Shown here in pieces: positions 11,840-26,500 of a DNA stretch of 64,000 nt. Source of the DNA: Dendrobates tinctorius. Lineage: Eukaryota. Every line of letters starts with the position of its first letter. The first letter of the stretch is position 1. A program made the position numbers and the translations under genes. The notes under the pieces were generated by a model. The model did not search any database, was not told the DNA's origin, and was given only the letters and a program-made list of their open reading frames with translations. The stretch covers positions 2,170,001-2,234,000 of the forward strand of contig NW_027361819.1 of the NCBI RefSeq assembly GCF_039654945.1, written 5' to 3'.

Positions 11840-13630
11840 ATCGTCAGCTCCGGGGCCCGGTATCAGACACACATCTGTAGAGCGTCAGCTCCGGGGCCCA
11901 GTATCACACGCACATATGTAGAGCGTCAGCTCCGGGGCCCGGTATCACACACATCTGTAGAGCGTCAGCTCCAGGGCCCGGTATCACACACACACACACA
12001 CACACATCTGTAGAGCGTCAGCTCCGGGGCCCGGTATCACACACACACACACATATCTGTAGAGCGTCAGCTCCGGGGCCCGGTATCACACACATCTGTA
12101 GAGCGTCAGCTCCAGGGCCCGGTATCACACACACACACACACACATCTGTAGAGCGTCAGCTCCGGGGCCCGGTATCACACACACACACATCTGTAGAGC
12201 GTCAGCTCCGGGGCCCGGTATCACACACACACACACACATATCTGTAGAGCATCAGCTCCGGGGCCCGGTATCACACACACACACATATCTGTAGAGCGT
12301 CAGCTCCAGGGCCCGGTATCACACACACACACATCTGTAGAGTGTCAGCTCCGGGGCCCGGTATCACACACACCTGTAGAGCGTCAGCTCCGGGGCCCGG
12401 TATCACACATACACACATCTGTAGAGCGTCAGCTCCGGGGCCCGGTATCACACACGCAACTGTAGAGCGTCAGCTCCGGGGCCCGGTATCTCACACACAC
12501 ACATCTGTAGAGCGTCAGCTCCGGGGCCCGGTATCTCACACACACACACATCTGTAGAGCGTCAGCTCCGGGGCCCGGTATCACACACATCTGTAGAGCG
12601 TCAGCTCCGGGGCCCGGTATCACACACACCTGTAGAGCGTCAGCTCCGGGGCCCGGTATCACACACACCTGTAGAGCGTCAGCTCCGGGGCCCGGTATCA
12701 CACACACCTGTAGAGCGTCAGCTCCGGGGCCCGGTATCACACACACCTGTAGAGCGTCAGCTCCGGGGCCCGGTATCACACACACCTGTAGAGCGTCAGC
12801 TCCGGGGCCCGGTATCACACATACACACATCTGTAGAGCGTCAGCTCCGGGGCCCGGTATCACACACACATCTGTAGAGCGTCAGCTCCGGGGCCCGGTA
12901 TCACACACACATCTGTAGAGCGTCAGCTCCGGGGCCCGGTATCACACACACATCTGTAGAGCGTCAGCTCCGGGGCCCGGTGTCACACATCTGTAGAGCG
13001 TCAGCTCCGGGGCCCGGTATCACACATTTGTAGAGCGTCAGCTCCGGGGCCCGGTATCACACACACATCTGTAGAGCGTCAGCTCCGGGGCCCGGTATCA
13101 CACACATCTGTAGAGCGTCAGCTCCGGGGCCCGGTATCACACACACATCTGTAGAGCGTCAGCTCCGGGGCCCGGTGTCACACATCTGTAGAGCGTCAGC
13201 TCCGGGGCCCGGTATCACACATTTGTAGAGCGTCAGCTCCGGGGCCCGGTATCACACACACATCTGTAGAGCGTCAGCTCCGGGGCCCGGTATCACACAC
13301 ACATCTGTAGAGCGTCAGCTCCGGGGCCCGGTATCACACACACATCTGTAGAGCGTCAGCTCCGGGGCCCGGTGTCACACATCTGTAGAGCGTCAGCTCC
13401 GGGGCCCGGTGTCACACATCTGTAGAGCGTCAGCTCCGGGGCCCGGTGTCACACATCTGTAGAGCGTCAGCTCCGGGGCCCGGTGTCACACATTTGTAGA
13501 GCGTCAGCTCCGGGGCCCGGTGTCACATCTGTAGAGCGTCAGCTCCGGGGCCCGGTATCACACACACATCTGTAGAGCGTCAGCTCTGGGGCCCGGTGTC
13601 ACACACACATCTGTCAGCTCCGGGGCCCGG
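11840..13630. repeat. ~35-50-bp minisatellite with variable (CA)n, filling EIF3C intron 1
   Basis: Unit TCTGTAGAGCGTCAGCTCCGGGGCCCGGTAT(CA)n. Confidence 0.95.
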
Positions 13631-13709
13631 TCTGGTGTCGCTCTCCCCAGGCCTCACAGCTCCGGGCCCCGCACTCTTCCCTCTTTTGGGGCCCCCGGGC
13701 CGCTCTCAC

Positions 13710-13816
13710 CTCTGGAGCCGCACACACGTTGCGGGCCTCGATAGATCCGGCGCAGAAAGACTAGCACGCATGCGCCAAACCGGCAAGCCGCACACCGGAA
13801 GTAACGTCACTTCCTG
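13710..13816 (-). promoter_or_regulatory. EIF3C: EIF3C non-coding first exon and core promoter
   Basis: Donor AG|GTGAGA at 13710/13709. TCT-initiator match TCTTTCT at 13760-13754. NRF1-like CGCATGCGC 13767-13775. ETS/GABP sites CCGGAAGT 13795-13802 and ACTTCCTG 13809-13816. CpG-rich. Confidence 0.65.
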
Positions 13817-14334
13817 TTTTGTGCTGGACATTTCCCGGCGTGCAGTGCGGACAGCGGGACACGCCCCTTTCCTCTGTGTGTGGTCGGGGGCAGGGGCTCA
13901 GACATGTGATTGTTGCTCCCGGCCACAGGACGGCGCTTTGTTTGCTGGCTACATGGTTGTCACTATGGAAACCAAAAGCTTTGCTGACAGGTTAGCAGCC
14001 GGGGTTACAGGGGTTATATATAAATGGGAGCCACGACAGCTCCATTGTGTGATCCGCGGGGTCTGGCGCTCGTGACCTCCCAGGAGGATCCGCCGCAGGT
14101 GACAGGACTTCTGTACCTGGAGCCGTGTTACCGCCATACGGGGCCGTGTAGCGCCGACACCAGAGATCACCCGCGCCCCACGGCCGCCGGACACGCTCCC
14201 TTGTTCTCTATCCGGCCCAGACCGCCATTATGACTTCTGGCCGCGGCTCGGCTGTGACACGGACACGTCACACCTCTCATATCTTCAGCTCCGTCTGTTC
14301 CCACCCAACAGAACCCCAACTGTTCAGTAAAATG

Positions 14335-15786
14335 CACTGATCTTAACAATAAGGGACACGAAATCCCGCGATGGAACTCCGAGTCACTTCTGTGACAGCA
14401 TCCTGACCAGCTATGAAGCGACACCAATTGTCAGTTTCTCCTGAGACAACCCCTATAAAGGAGCAGTCCTGCAGGGGGTGACCACAGACCATTTCTCTGT
14501 TCTCATCCTTTTTGGCTGTCGTTTTGGTCACTTTTGCATTTTGTCATTGATCTCATCCCTTTGAGGTACTGTAGAGTAGCATGACGCGGTGTCTACAACA
14601 CAGAGAAGTTGCTCGGGTCGTGCAACTCATCCAGGATGGCACATCTATGCAAGCCGTGTCTATACCATGGAGCACAGCAGCAGGGCCGCTAGCACCTCCT
14701 TTGTGCAAGGAGCAGTGCCAGAGCCCTGCAACATGACCTCCAGCAGACTAACATCCATGTGTCTGCTCAAAGTGTCAGAAACAGACCCCATGAGGGCGGT
14801 ATGAGCACCTGATGTCCACAAGTGGGTGCTGTGCTTACAGCCCAACACCCTCAACACTGTGCAGGGCGATTGTTATTCGCCAGAGAACACAGCTAACAAG
14901 ATATGGCCTTCCCGAAACCCTGTCTGATCACAAATGCCCATATAGCAGAGAGCCAGAGAACAGAAAGAATGTCAGAGTCAACATTTACACCCTGTGCTCT
15001 TCACGGGTGAGAGCAGGTTCATACTGAGCACATGGCAGAGTCTGAAGATGCTGTGCAGTCCGTTCTGCTGCAACATCCTCTAGCAAGACCAGTTTATCAG
15101 TGGGTCAGTAATGGTGTGGGGAGGCATTTCTTTGTGGGGCCGCACAGACCTCCATGTGCCAGCCTGAGGTACTCTACCATTAGGTACCGGGATGAGATCC
15201 TCAGACCCATTGTGAGATCATATGCAGGTGCGGTGGGCTCTAGGTTCCTTCTGATGCATGAGTGTGTCAGCAGGTCCTGCGTGATGAAGGAATTGAAGCT
15301 ATGGACTGGCCCGCCCATTCCCCAGACCTGAATCCAATCAAGCACATCTGGGACATCATGTCTCGCTCCATCCACCAACGTCACGTTGCACCACAGACTA
15401 TCCAGGAGTTGACTGATGCTTTAATCCAGGTCTGGGAGTAGATCCCTCAGGAGAACATCCACCACCTTATCAGGAGCATGCACAGACGTTGTAAAGAAGT
15501 CGTACAGGCACATAGAGGCCACACACACTACTGAGCATCATTTCCTTCTCATGAGGCATTTCCACTGAAGTTGGATCAGCCTGTAATTTGATTTTCCATG
15601 TTGATTTTGAGTATCATTCCAAATCCAGACCTCCATGGGATATTTATTGTGATTTACATTGATCATTTTTATGTTTTATTGTTCTCATCACATTCCACTA
15701 TTCAATGAATACAGATTTGCAACTGGAATATTTCATTCAGTAATATCTAGGATGTGGGATTTTAGTCTTCCTTTATTTCATCAGTG
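14335..15786 (+). mobile_element. Degenerate Tc1-like transposon remnant
   Basis: Frameshifted transposase fragments (WGGIS, RYRDEILRPIV, DWPAHSPDLNPIKHIWD) and CACTGA.../...TCAGTG-TA ends. Confidence 0.8.
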
Positions 15787-16529
15787 TATGATACCCCTTA
15801 CAGAAGTTGTCCTATGCAGACAAGTTATCACCTCTCCGAAGGAAGAGCAGCTGCATAGGAAGTGAATAGTTCGACGGTCAGGCAGGCGCACAAGGATAAA
15901 AGTGCCCTCATTCTGCCGCTCAGTGCATGTCCTCAGGGTTGGTTCCCACCAATCAAGTGATCACCTGCTCTGTAGATTGGTTATAATCGGCTTTTGCAAG
16001 CTTAAGACGTTTGGAATGCCCCTTTTTTTAATTAGCTGCGCTACTGCCTATGCACAGCAGCCGGTGATAAAGCCTCAACTGCTGCTCTCTGCACAGGTAG
16101 ACAAGCAATCAGGAAAATGAAGAAACAGCGCTCAGTGGATTCTGTTGCAGATGGCAGATTTGACAATGGAGCTGGCCCGGGGTGATCCCTACTGCCCCCA
16201 AGTTTTGTTGCTGAGTCACATAGTTATTCACATGACCAGCCAGTATACAGTGGGTACAACACTGATCCTTACCCTCCACCATCTTGACTAGTGCAGACGC
16301 GGAGGTGACGATGAAATGTAGAACGAGTTAAGTATTGACCTTACAGTCAGGAGCCCAAACAAATGTAATTTTCAAATCGTTTTGCCGGCATGTACATGTA
16401 ATGGGTAAACTGGGGGTGGGACTGTGGGGAAGCTGCATAGTGAGGCACCTGGCACACTTTTTTGCAAGACCCATCATTATGTATAAACATACAGGACAGA
16501 TTAAGTGGTACCGTGCAGCGTATGGCTAA

Positions 16530-16895
16530 TTGGACAGGGAAAGGGGTACCGCGCAGCCTACTGGACGGGGAAAGGGGTACCGCGCAGCCTACGGGACGGG
16601 GAAAGGGGTACCGCGCAGCCTACAGGATACAGAGAGGGGTACCGCGCAGCCTACGCCTACAGGATACAGAAAGGGGTACCGCGCAGCCTACGGGACAGGG
16701 AAAAGGGGTACCGCGCAGTGTACACTTACAGGACAAGGAAAGGGGTACCGCGTAGCCTACGCCTACAGGATACAGAAAGGGGTACCGCGCAGTGTATGCC
16801 TACGGGACAAGGAAAAGGGTACCGCGCAGCCTACAGGATACAGAAAGGGGTACCACGCAGTGTACGCCTACGGGACAGGGAAAGGGGTACCGTAC
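16530..16895. repeat. Degenerate ~30-36-bp tandem repeat downstream of CLN3
   Basis: Recurrent GAAAGGGGTACCGCGCAGCCTAC. Confidence 0.88.
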
Positions 16896-17220
16896 AGTTA
16901 ACACAGACTAATCATAAGAGCTTTTATTACATACAAATAACATGTTCCCCCCCTGATCATTTACAATACAGTACAGCAGTGTAATCATCATTAGGAGCCG
17001 ATCCTTACGATTCTGCTATAAAGCAGAAAGTTTTTCATTGATTTAATCAGAAAACTAACATTGTAAAGCTTAACAAAAAAAATTCCATGTGTTGGGAATA
17101 CAAGACTGGAAAAAAAACAAATCCAACATCTGAAGCCCAGTGAATGAGGGCAGTGCTCGCCGCCCGAGAACAGCAGCTATCCTTCCACCGAGAATCACAT
17201 CTGTTACATACTGAGCGTGA

Positions 17221-17234
17221 CCAGTAGGGGGCGC
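17221..17234 (+). promoter_or_regulatory. Candidate CTCF site (CLN3 3'UTR region)
   Basis: CCAGTAGGGGGCGC matches the CTCF core consensus. Confidence 0.5.
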
Positions 17235-17584
17235 ATCCCGCTCGATATTGACCGCTGGATCAGGCTGAAGAGTTTGCATATGATTGACGACTCCTTTCCT
17301 GATGCCATGGAGCTGATATAGATGAGCATTTTTGGAAAGTCCTTCATGAAAATCAGATTTAGAAAATATCACATGATGGACGAGAAAAGCGGTGCTGAGC
17401 AATGTCCGTACACCAAGAGCAGATCTGGGAAGTTGCGCTGTGCGGAGTAGATGTATATTCTCCAGACCCAATGCACAATGCAGCTCTGACATATAAGGCT
17501 GTAATATCAGTGTTTCCTCCATCCCAGAATACCTCACGTATCGCCTCCTACTGGTACGGATCCAGGCAGCGCTGGATGGCACTG

Positions 17585-20500
17585 TCATGATAGGCGACAA
17601 AAGTAGTTATGGACAGGTATGGCAATGGCTCCTGACAGAGATATTCCCAGGGTGTCTGACACGCAGGCCACAGACATGGCAAATTCCTGGTCTTCTGGTT
17701 TACTCTGTGGGTGACAATAAAGGTACAGGTTACAGCAACATAACCAAACAGTCACAAAAATACAAAACCGCGCCGACCGTAGCCTCCATTACCTCAATAG
17801 CAATGTTGTTGAATGTGTTGACATAAGCGGCGCCCCCGAGCAGACCCTCGAATATGATAATCAGGAATATTCCTGGCAGCGTCAAACTCGGGAGGAATAA
17901 ATATGCCACCCCCACAAGAAGAAAGATGGCGAGTCCACACTACAGGGAGAAAAAAAAAAAATCAATGACATTACTACAGACATATTAGGACTTCTCTCCT
18001 GCTCTGAGGATGATGAGTTACCTGTAGACAAGCAAGGATCCAAATGTGTCGGATCTTGAAGCACTGGACTGACGATCGAGAAATAAACACACCGGCCTGA
18101 TACAGCATCTGGTACCTGAAATGAAGGTTGATGGCAGTTAGTTTCGCTCCTGCGAGGGGGTAGGACATGCTATTATGGGAATCATTGAACTGTCCAACTC
18201 ACAATTTGTTTTAGAGATAGGAACCGTAATGGGGTAATGTGTTATCCCTTCCCAATTGTACCAATGGATCAGCAATGTTTGGGTACTGATTAGTAATAAC
18301 CCATACTGCTGATGATCTTTGGGAAGGGCACAACCCAGCACCAATAAGATAACCCCCTCTCCGCATAAACAATTTTTACAGGCCTTATGTCTAGCCCCAT
18401 CACGGTTCCAGATTTTAGAAATGGAAATCAAAGCATATGTGACTGGAGAATTAGTAATTGATGATACTCATGGCTTTTTTTTTCTGCTTAAAAGAAGGCA
18501 ATAGAAATAATGCACCCTCTTTTTCACTGTAAGCAATTAAATGGCCCCATCTAAGACTCCAGAATACCTCCAAATGGATATCATTTGACCCTTACCATCG
18601 GTATTGCATCGAGTGACTCATCTTGATGTTCGGAAAATAGATTAACTCATACTGCAAGAAAAAGAAAAAAGTTAATAAAAGACTACTCACCCCTACCTGC
18701 ACACAATATCAATACACTGTCATATGTTCACACTTACCAGACCCTGGTTTATGAAATATTCTGCAAAGTAGACAAGCGACAAGGGAAGCATGTACTTCAA
18801 GAGAGACTGTATGCAGGAATACAAGGATAGGGGTTACATGACGACTGTATACAGCAGTGATCACAGTGTATATAGAATATTGTGTTTCCTGACCCTGACT
18901 ATCTTCCACTTTTCCGCCATTGTCCGATGAGAGCTTGTCCCTTTAACTAATGGATAAAGAAAGACGCAGTCAGACTACATAATCCACATTACTACCGCTC
19001 CTGTCCAGGAGGTGTCTCCATTACCCGAGACTCGAGGTGATGGTCCATCTAATAGGGGACGCTCGTCAGACCTGTCCACTGAAACATAACTGGCGGGGAG
19101 CTTCCATTGTGGGAGAGAGGACGGCGGGAGCAGAAGGACAAAGTAACTACGAAGAGACAGGAAAACAATGGACATTATCCAATATTAGTGGTCAGAGAAT
19201 TAGGGCCCCGTCACACATAACGACTCACCAGCGATCCTGACAACGATAACTTGTCAGGATCGCTGGTAAGTCGCTGCATGATCGCTGGTGAGCTGTCAGA
19301 CAGACAGCTTCACCAGCGATCAGCACCAGCGACGCCCGGCGTCGCTGTGTACGTTAGTTACCAGCGCGCTGATCGCTGGTCTCCCGCCTGTCACACGCAG
19401 CGATGCATGCTGGCCAGCGGGAGACCAGCGATCAAAAAAATGTCCTAGCTATTCCAGGACGATCAGCGATACCCGGCAGGGGGGCCGGTCGCTGGTCAGT
19501 GTCACACACAGCGATCTCGCTGGTGAGATCGCCGTTACGTCACAAAACTTGTGACTCAGCGAGCGAGCGAGTCGCTATGTGTGGACGGGGGCTATAGTGA
19601 GAGCCTTCAATCAATTGCTAAGAAAAATAACCGCATGTATGTCCTCGCAGTCATCATTGCCATCATCATCATCATCTCTCCCTCCAACTCACCTTATGAA
19701 GAGCAGAGCCGGAATAACAAGCATAACAAGCAGCGAGGTCCGGGGAGAAAGCCCAGCCGCAGTGAGACCCAGGTAGGAGAGGGCACCCAGGATCCCTGCA
19801 CCACCAGTGCCACTGGACCACCATGAGACCACATCACTAGAGAAAAAACACTGCTATAATACTGCCTATATCTACAAGAATATAACTACTATAATACTGC
19901 CCCTATCTACAAGAATATAACTACTATAATACTGCCCCTATGTACAAGAATATAACTACTATAATACTGCTCCCTATGTACAAGAATATAACTACTATAA
20001 TACTGTCCCTATGTACAAGAATATAACTACTATAATACTGCGCCTATGTACAAGAATATAACTACTATAATACTGCCCCCTATGTACAAGAATATAACTA
20101 CTATAATACTGCCCCCTATGTACAAGAATATAACTACTATAATACAGCCCCCTATGTACAAGAATATAACTACTATAATACTGCCCCTATGTACAAGAAT
20201 ATAACTACTATAATACTGCCCCCTATGTACAAGAATATAACTACTATAATACTGCCCCCTATGTACAAGAATATAACTACTATAATACTGCCCCTATGTA
20301 CAAGAATATAACTACTATAATACTGCCCCCTATGTACAAGAATATAACTACTATAATACTGCTCCTATATACAAGAATATAACTACTATAATACTGCTCC
20401 TATGTACAAGAATATAACTACTATAATACTGTCCCTATGTACAAGAATATAACTACTATAATACTGTCCCTATGTACAAGAATATAACTACTATAATACA

Positions 20501-23500
20501 GCCCCCTATGTACAAGAATATAACTACTATAATACTGCCCCTATGTACAGGAATATAACTACTATAATACTGCTCCTATGTACAAGAATAAAACTACTAT
20601 AATACTGCCCCCTATGTACAAGAATATAACTAGTATAATACTGCCCCCTATGTACAAGAATATAACTAGTATAATACTGCCCCCTATGTACAAGAATATA
20701 ACTACTATAATACTGCTCCTATATACAAGAATATAACTACTATAATACTGCCCCCTATGTACAAGAATTTAACTACTATAATACTGCCCCTATGTACAGG
20801 AATATAACTACTATAATACTGCTCCTATGTACAAGAATAAAACTACTATAATACTGCCCCTATGTGCAAGAATATAACTACTATAATACTGCTCCCTATG
20901 TACAAGAATATAACTACTATAATACTGCCCCCTATGTACAAGAATATAACTACTATAATACTGCTCCTATATTCAAGAATATAACTACTATAATACTGCC
21001 CCCTATGTACAAGAATTTAACTACTATAATACTGCCCCTATGTACAGGAATATAACTACTATAATACTGCTCCTATGTACAAGAATAAAACTACTATAAT
21101 ACTTCCCCTATGTGCAAGAATATAACTACTATAATACTGCTCCCTATGTACAAGAATATAACTACTATAATACTGCCCCCTATGTACAAGAATATAATTA
21201 CTATAATACTGCTCCCAATGTACAAGAATATAACTACTATAATACTACCCACTATGTACAAGAATATAACTACTATAACACTGCCCCTATGTACAAGAAT
21301 ATAACTACTATAATACTGCTCCTATGTACAAGAATATAACTACTATAATACTGCCCCTATGTACAAGAATAAAACTACTATAATACTGCTCCCTATGTAC
21401 AAGAATATACCTACTATAATACTGCTCCCTATATACAGGAATATAACTACTATAATATTGCCCCTATGTACAAGAATATAACTACTATAATACTGCCCCT
21501 ATGTACAAGAATATAACTACTATAATACTGCTCCTATGTACAAGAATATAACTACTATAATACTGCCCCCTATGTACAAGAATATAACTACTATAATACT
21601 GCTCCCTATGTACAAGAATATAACTACTATAATACTGCCCCCTATGTACAAGAATATAACTACTATAATACTGCCCCTATGTACAAGAATATAACTACTA
21701 TAATACTGCTCCTATGTACAAGAATATAACTACTATAATACTGCCCCCTATGTACAAGAATATAACTACTATAATACTACCCCTATGTACAAGAATATAT
21801 CTACTATAATACTGCCCCTATGTACAAGAATATAACTGCTATAATACTGCTCCCAATGTACAAGAATATAACTACTATAATACTGCCCCCTATGTACAAG
21901 AATATAACTACTATAACACTGCCCCTATGTACAAGAATATAACTACTATAATACTGCTCCTATGTACAAGAATATAACTACTATAATACTGCCCCTATGT
22001 ACAAGAATAAAACTACTATAATACTGCTCCCTATGTACAAGAATATACCTACTATAATACTGCTCCCTATGTACAGGAATATAACTACTATAATATTGCC
22101 CCTATGTACAAGAATATAACTACTGTAATACTGCTCCTATGTACAAGAATATAACTACTATAATAGTGCCCCCTATGTACAAGAATATAACTACTATAAT
22201 ACTGCTCCCTATGTACAAGAATATAACTACTATAATACTGCCCCCTATGTACAAGAATATAACTACTATAATACTGCTCCTATGTACAAGAATATAACTA
22301 CTATAATACTGCTCCTATGTACAAGAATATAACTACTATAATACTGCTCCTATGTACAAGAATATAACTACTATAATACTGCTCCTATGTACAAGAATAT
22401 AACTACTATAATACTGTTCCCTATGTACAAGAATATAACTACTATAATACTGCCCCTATGTACAAGAATATAACTACTATAATACTGCTCCTATGTACAA
22501 GAATATAACTACTATAATACAGCCCCTATGTACAAGAATATAACTACTATAATACTGCCCCCTATGTACAAGAATATAACTACTATAATACTGCTCCTAT
22601 GTACAAGAATATAACTACTATAATACTGCCCCCTATGTACAAGAATATAACTACTATAATACTGCCCCTATGTACAAGAATATAACTACTATAATACTGC
22701 TCCTATGTACAAGAATATAACTACTATAATCAGGGCTGTGGAGTGGGTAAGCCAAACCTGCGACTCCGACTCCTCAATTTCCCTTACACTGACTCCGACT
22801 CCAACTCCGACTCCACGACTCCGACTCCCACACATATTGCTTATATTTAAGTGAAAAATTTATTGTGGTACAATGTGAACCTCAGACATTTAATCATTTT
22901 TATGATCCAATAATCAAGATATTTAGATAAAACATAATATGAATATATATTGGTGTACTACCCGGTTTTCATTCTTTTTGGTACAGATACGATATGGATA
23001 AATGGATATATAGATAGAGCAGATTTCTAATCTGCTTTTGCTATTGAAAACATTATCTATGAGCTCAAAAACCTTTCAGGTGATGCAGTTTTTTAAAAAG
23101 ATGATCAGCTTTTGCAGCTGAAAAACGTATCCTCAAAAAACACAGGAAAAACGCTGTGTGTGAATGTAGCCTTAGATCAGGAATAGAACAGCCATTTATA
23201 GGACATTTCATAACTTTCCCAAACTCCTATAAAAAAATATTCAGCACATCCTGCATTGAATTACTGTACCCAATTTATTATATATTTTAGGAGTCGGAGT
23301 CGGTCCATTTTATACCGACTCCGACTCCACCAAAATGAGCACCGACTCCGACTCCTCAACTCCGACTCCGACTCCACAGCCCTGACTATAATACTGCTCC
23401 TATGTACAAGAATATAACTACTATAATACTGCCCCTATGTACAAGAATATAACTACTATAATACTGCTCCTATGTACAAGAATATAACTACTATAATACT

Positions 23501-26500
23501 GCCCCTATGTACAAGAATATAACTACTATAATACTGCTCCTATGTACAAGAATATACTATAATACTGCTCCTATGTACAAGAATATAACTACTATAATAC
23601 TGCTCCCTATGTACAAGAATATAACTACTATAATACTGCTCCTATGTACAAGAATATACTATAATACTGCTCCCTATGTACAAGAATATAACTACTATAA
23701 TACTGCCCCTATGTACAAGAATATAACTACTATAATACTGCTCCTATGTACAAGAATATAACTACTATAATACTGCCCCCTATGTACAAGAATATAACTA
23801 CTATAATACTGCCCCTATGTACAAGAATATAACTACTATAATACTGCTCCTATGTACAAGAATATAACTACTATAATACTGCTCCTATGTACAAGAATAT
23901 AACTACTATAATACTGCTCCTATGTACAAGAATATAACTACTATAATACTGCTCCTATGTACAAGAATATAACTACTATAATACTGCTCCTATGTACAAG
24001 AATATAACTACTATAATACTGCTCCTATGTACAAGAATATAACTACTATAATACTGCCCCTATGTACAAGAATATAACTACTATAATACTGCCCCCTATG
24101 TACAAGAATATAACTACTATAATACTGCTCCTATGTACAAGAATATAACTACTATAATACTGCTCCTATGTACAAGAATATAACTACTATAATACTGCCC
24201 CTATGTACAAGAATATAACTACTATAATACTGCCCCCTATGTACAAGAATATAACTACTATAATACTGCTCCTATGTACAACAATATAACTACTATAATA
24301 CTGCCCCCTATGTACAAGAATATAACTACTATAATACTGCTCCTATGTACAAGAATATAACTACTATAATACTGCCCCCTATGTACAGGAATATATCTAC
24401 TATAATACTGCTCTTTATGTATATGTATGTTACCTGTAGAAGAACGCTGTGAGACTGAGGAAAGCGATTTCTCCCACTCCTGATGAGATACTGGCGAATA
24501 CGACCCCTGGTGACAGGAGATTGGGATTAGATAAGATCCAGACTTAATATCTGATTATTTCATTACGTTGTTGTCATACGGATCTCACCAAGGAGACTGA
24601 TGGCGACATGTGTGGAGAACGACACGATCAAGAAGCTGGCGGCAGCAGTGACGATGCACAGAGACACCCTGTAACTGAGTCATAAGAAGAGCAGATGACC
24701 AGGAGATCACAGAAGAGACAGCAGAGGAGCGGGAGATCACAGAAGAGACAGCACAGCAGAGGAGCGGGAGACCACAGAAGAGACAGCACAGCAGAGGAGC
24801 GGGAGACCACAGAAGAGACAGCACAGCAGAGGAGCGGGAGACCACAGAAGAGACATCACAGGAGAGGACCGGGAGACCACAGAAGAAGCAGCACAGGAGA
24901 GGAGCGGGAGATCACAGAAGAGACAGCACAGCAGAGGAGCGGGAGATCACAGAAGAGACAGCACAGCAGAGGACCGGGAGACCACAGAAGAGACAGCACC
25001 ACAGAGGAGTGGGAGATCACAGAAGAGACAGCACAGCAGAGGACAGGAGGATCACAGAAGAGACAGCACAGCAGAGGACCGGGAGATCACAGAAGAGACA
25101 GCACAGCAGAGGACCGGGAGATCACAGAAGAGACAGCACAGCAGAGGACCGGGAGATCACAGAAGAGACAGCACAGCAGAGGACCGGGAGATCACAGAAG
25201 AGACAGCACAGCAGAGGAGCGGGAGACCACAGAAGAGACAGCAAAGCACAGGTCTGGGAGACCAGAGAAGAGACAGCACAGCAGAGGACCGTGAGATCAC
25301 AGAAGAGACAGCACAGCAGAGGACCGTGAGATCACAGAAGAGACAGCACAGGAGAGGAGCGGCAGATCACAGAAGAGACAGCACAGCAGAGGACAGGAGA
25401 ATCACAGAAGAGACAGCACAGCAGAGGAGCGGGAGAAGAGACAGCACAGCAGATGACCGGGAGATCACATAAGAGACACCACAGCAGAGCTATAGCTATC
25501 TTCAGGGATGGAGGGGACATTGGGATTAACCCTTACTTGTACGGGATCTGGTGGATGTAGAACGGAGCTGTGAACTTTATGATCAGGGTGGGCAGGATGT
25601 CGGCCAGGAGCACGGCCTGCAATACAGAGGGCGGTTATCATCAGACCTTACAGGGGTCTCCGCCGTCCCTGAGGCCCGGAGCGGTGGAGTTCACGTCTAT
25701 GGTGAGTGCTTACAGCGGTGGAGATCTCATTGCAGTCGTATCGGCTGGAGTTCGTCACGTTGAGCTGGAAAGGAAAACGAGATGTGAAAGCTGAGTGACC
25801 GGGAGCCGCAGCAGCAGCTCGCACCCCGGGCGCCGGACGGTCACCACGCTGCACTCACACGTTCCAGGCTCTCTGCATCCACAAGTCTCACTTCTTCATA
25901 TTAACCAATATCACTAGCTGAGATATAAGGAGAGACTACACACAACGCACCCCCCACCACCTCCGTGCCCCCCACCGCCTCCGTGTCCCCCCACCGCCTC
26001 CGTGCCCCCCCACCGCCTCCGTGCCCCCCCACCGCCTCCGTGCCCCCCCACCGCCTCCGTGCCCCCCACCGCCTCCGTGCCCCCCACCGCCTCCGTGCCC
26101 CCCACCGCCTCCATGTCTCCCACCGCCTCCATGTCTCCCACCGCCTCCATGTCTCCCACCGCCTCCATGTCTCCCACCGCCTCCATGTCCCCCACCGCCT
26201 CCATGTCCCCCACCGCCTCCATGTCCCCCACCGCCTCCATGTCCCCCACCGCCTCCATGCCCCCCACCGCCTCCATGCCCCCCACCGCCTCCATGTCCCC
26301 CACCACCTCCATGCCCCCCACCTAGGAAATCAGATTTGTTGCAGGGGGTCTCCCCAGACCTCTCTTTAAGGAACACTCACAGTTGCCGTCTGATTGGTCT
26401 CCGTCTTCAGGACGTCGTGCGCCGCGCTCAGCATCACCACGTAGGCAAAGTTATTACACAGCCCCAGGAACCTGAGAGCGAGAACCATAGGCGATTACTC

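Noticed and set aside
11840-13630. CRISPR-like repeat/spacer appearance
   Set aside because: The variable part is only (CA)n length, with no unique spacers and no cas genes, in a eukaryotic intron.
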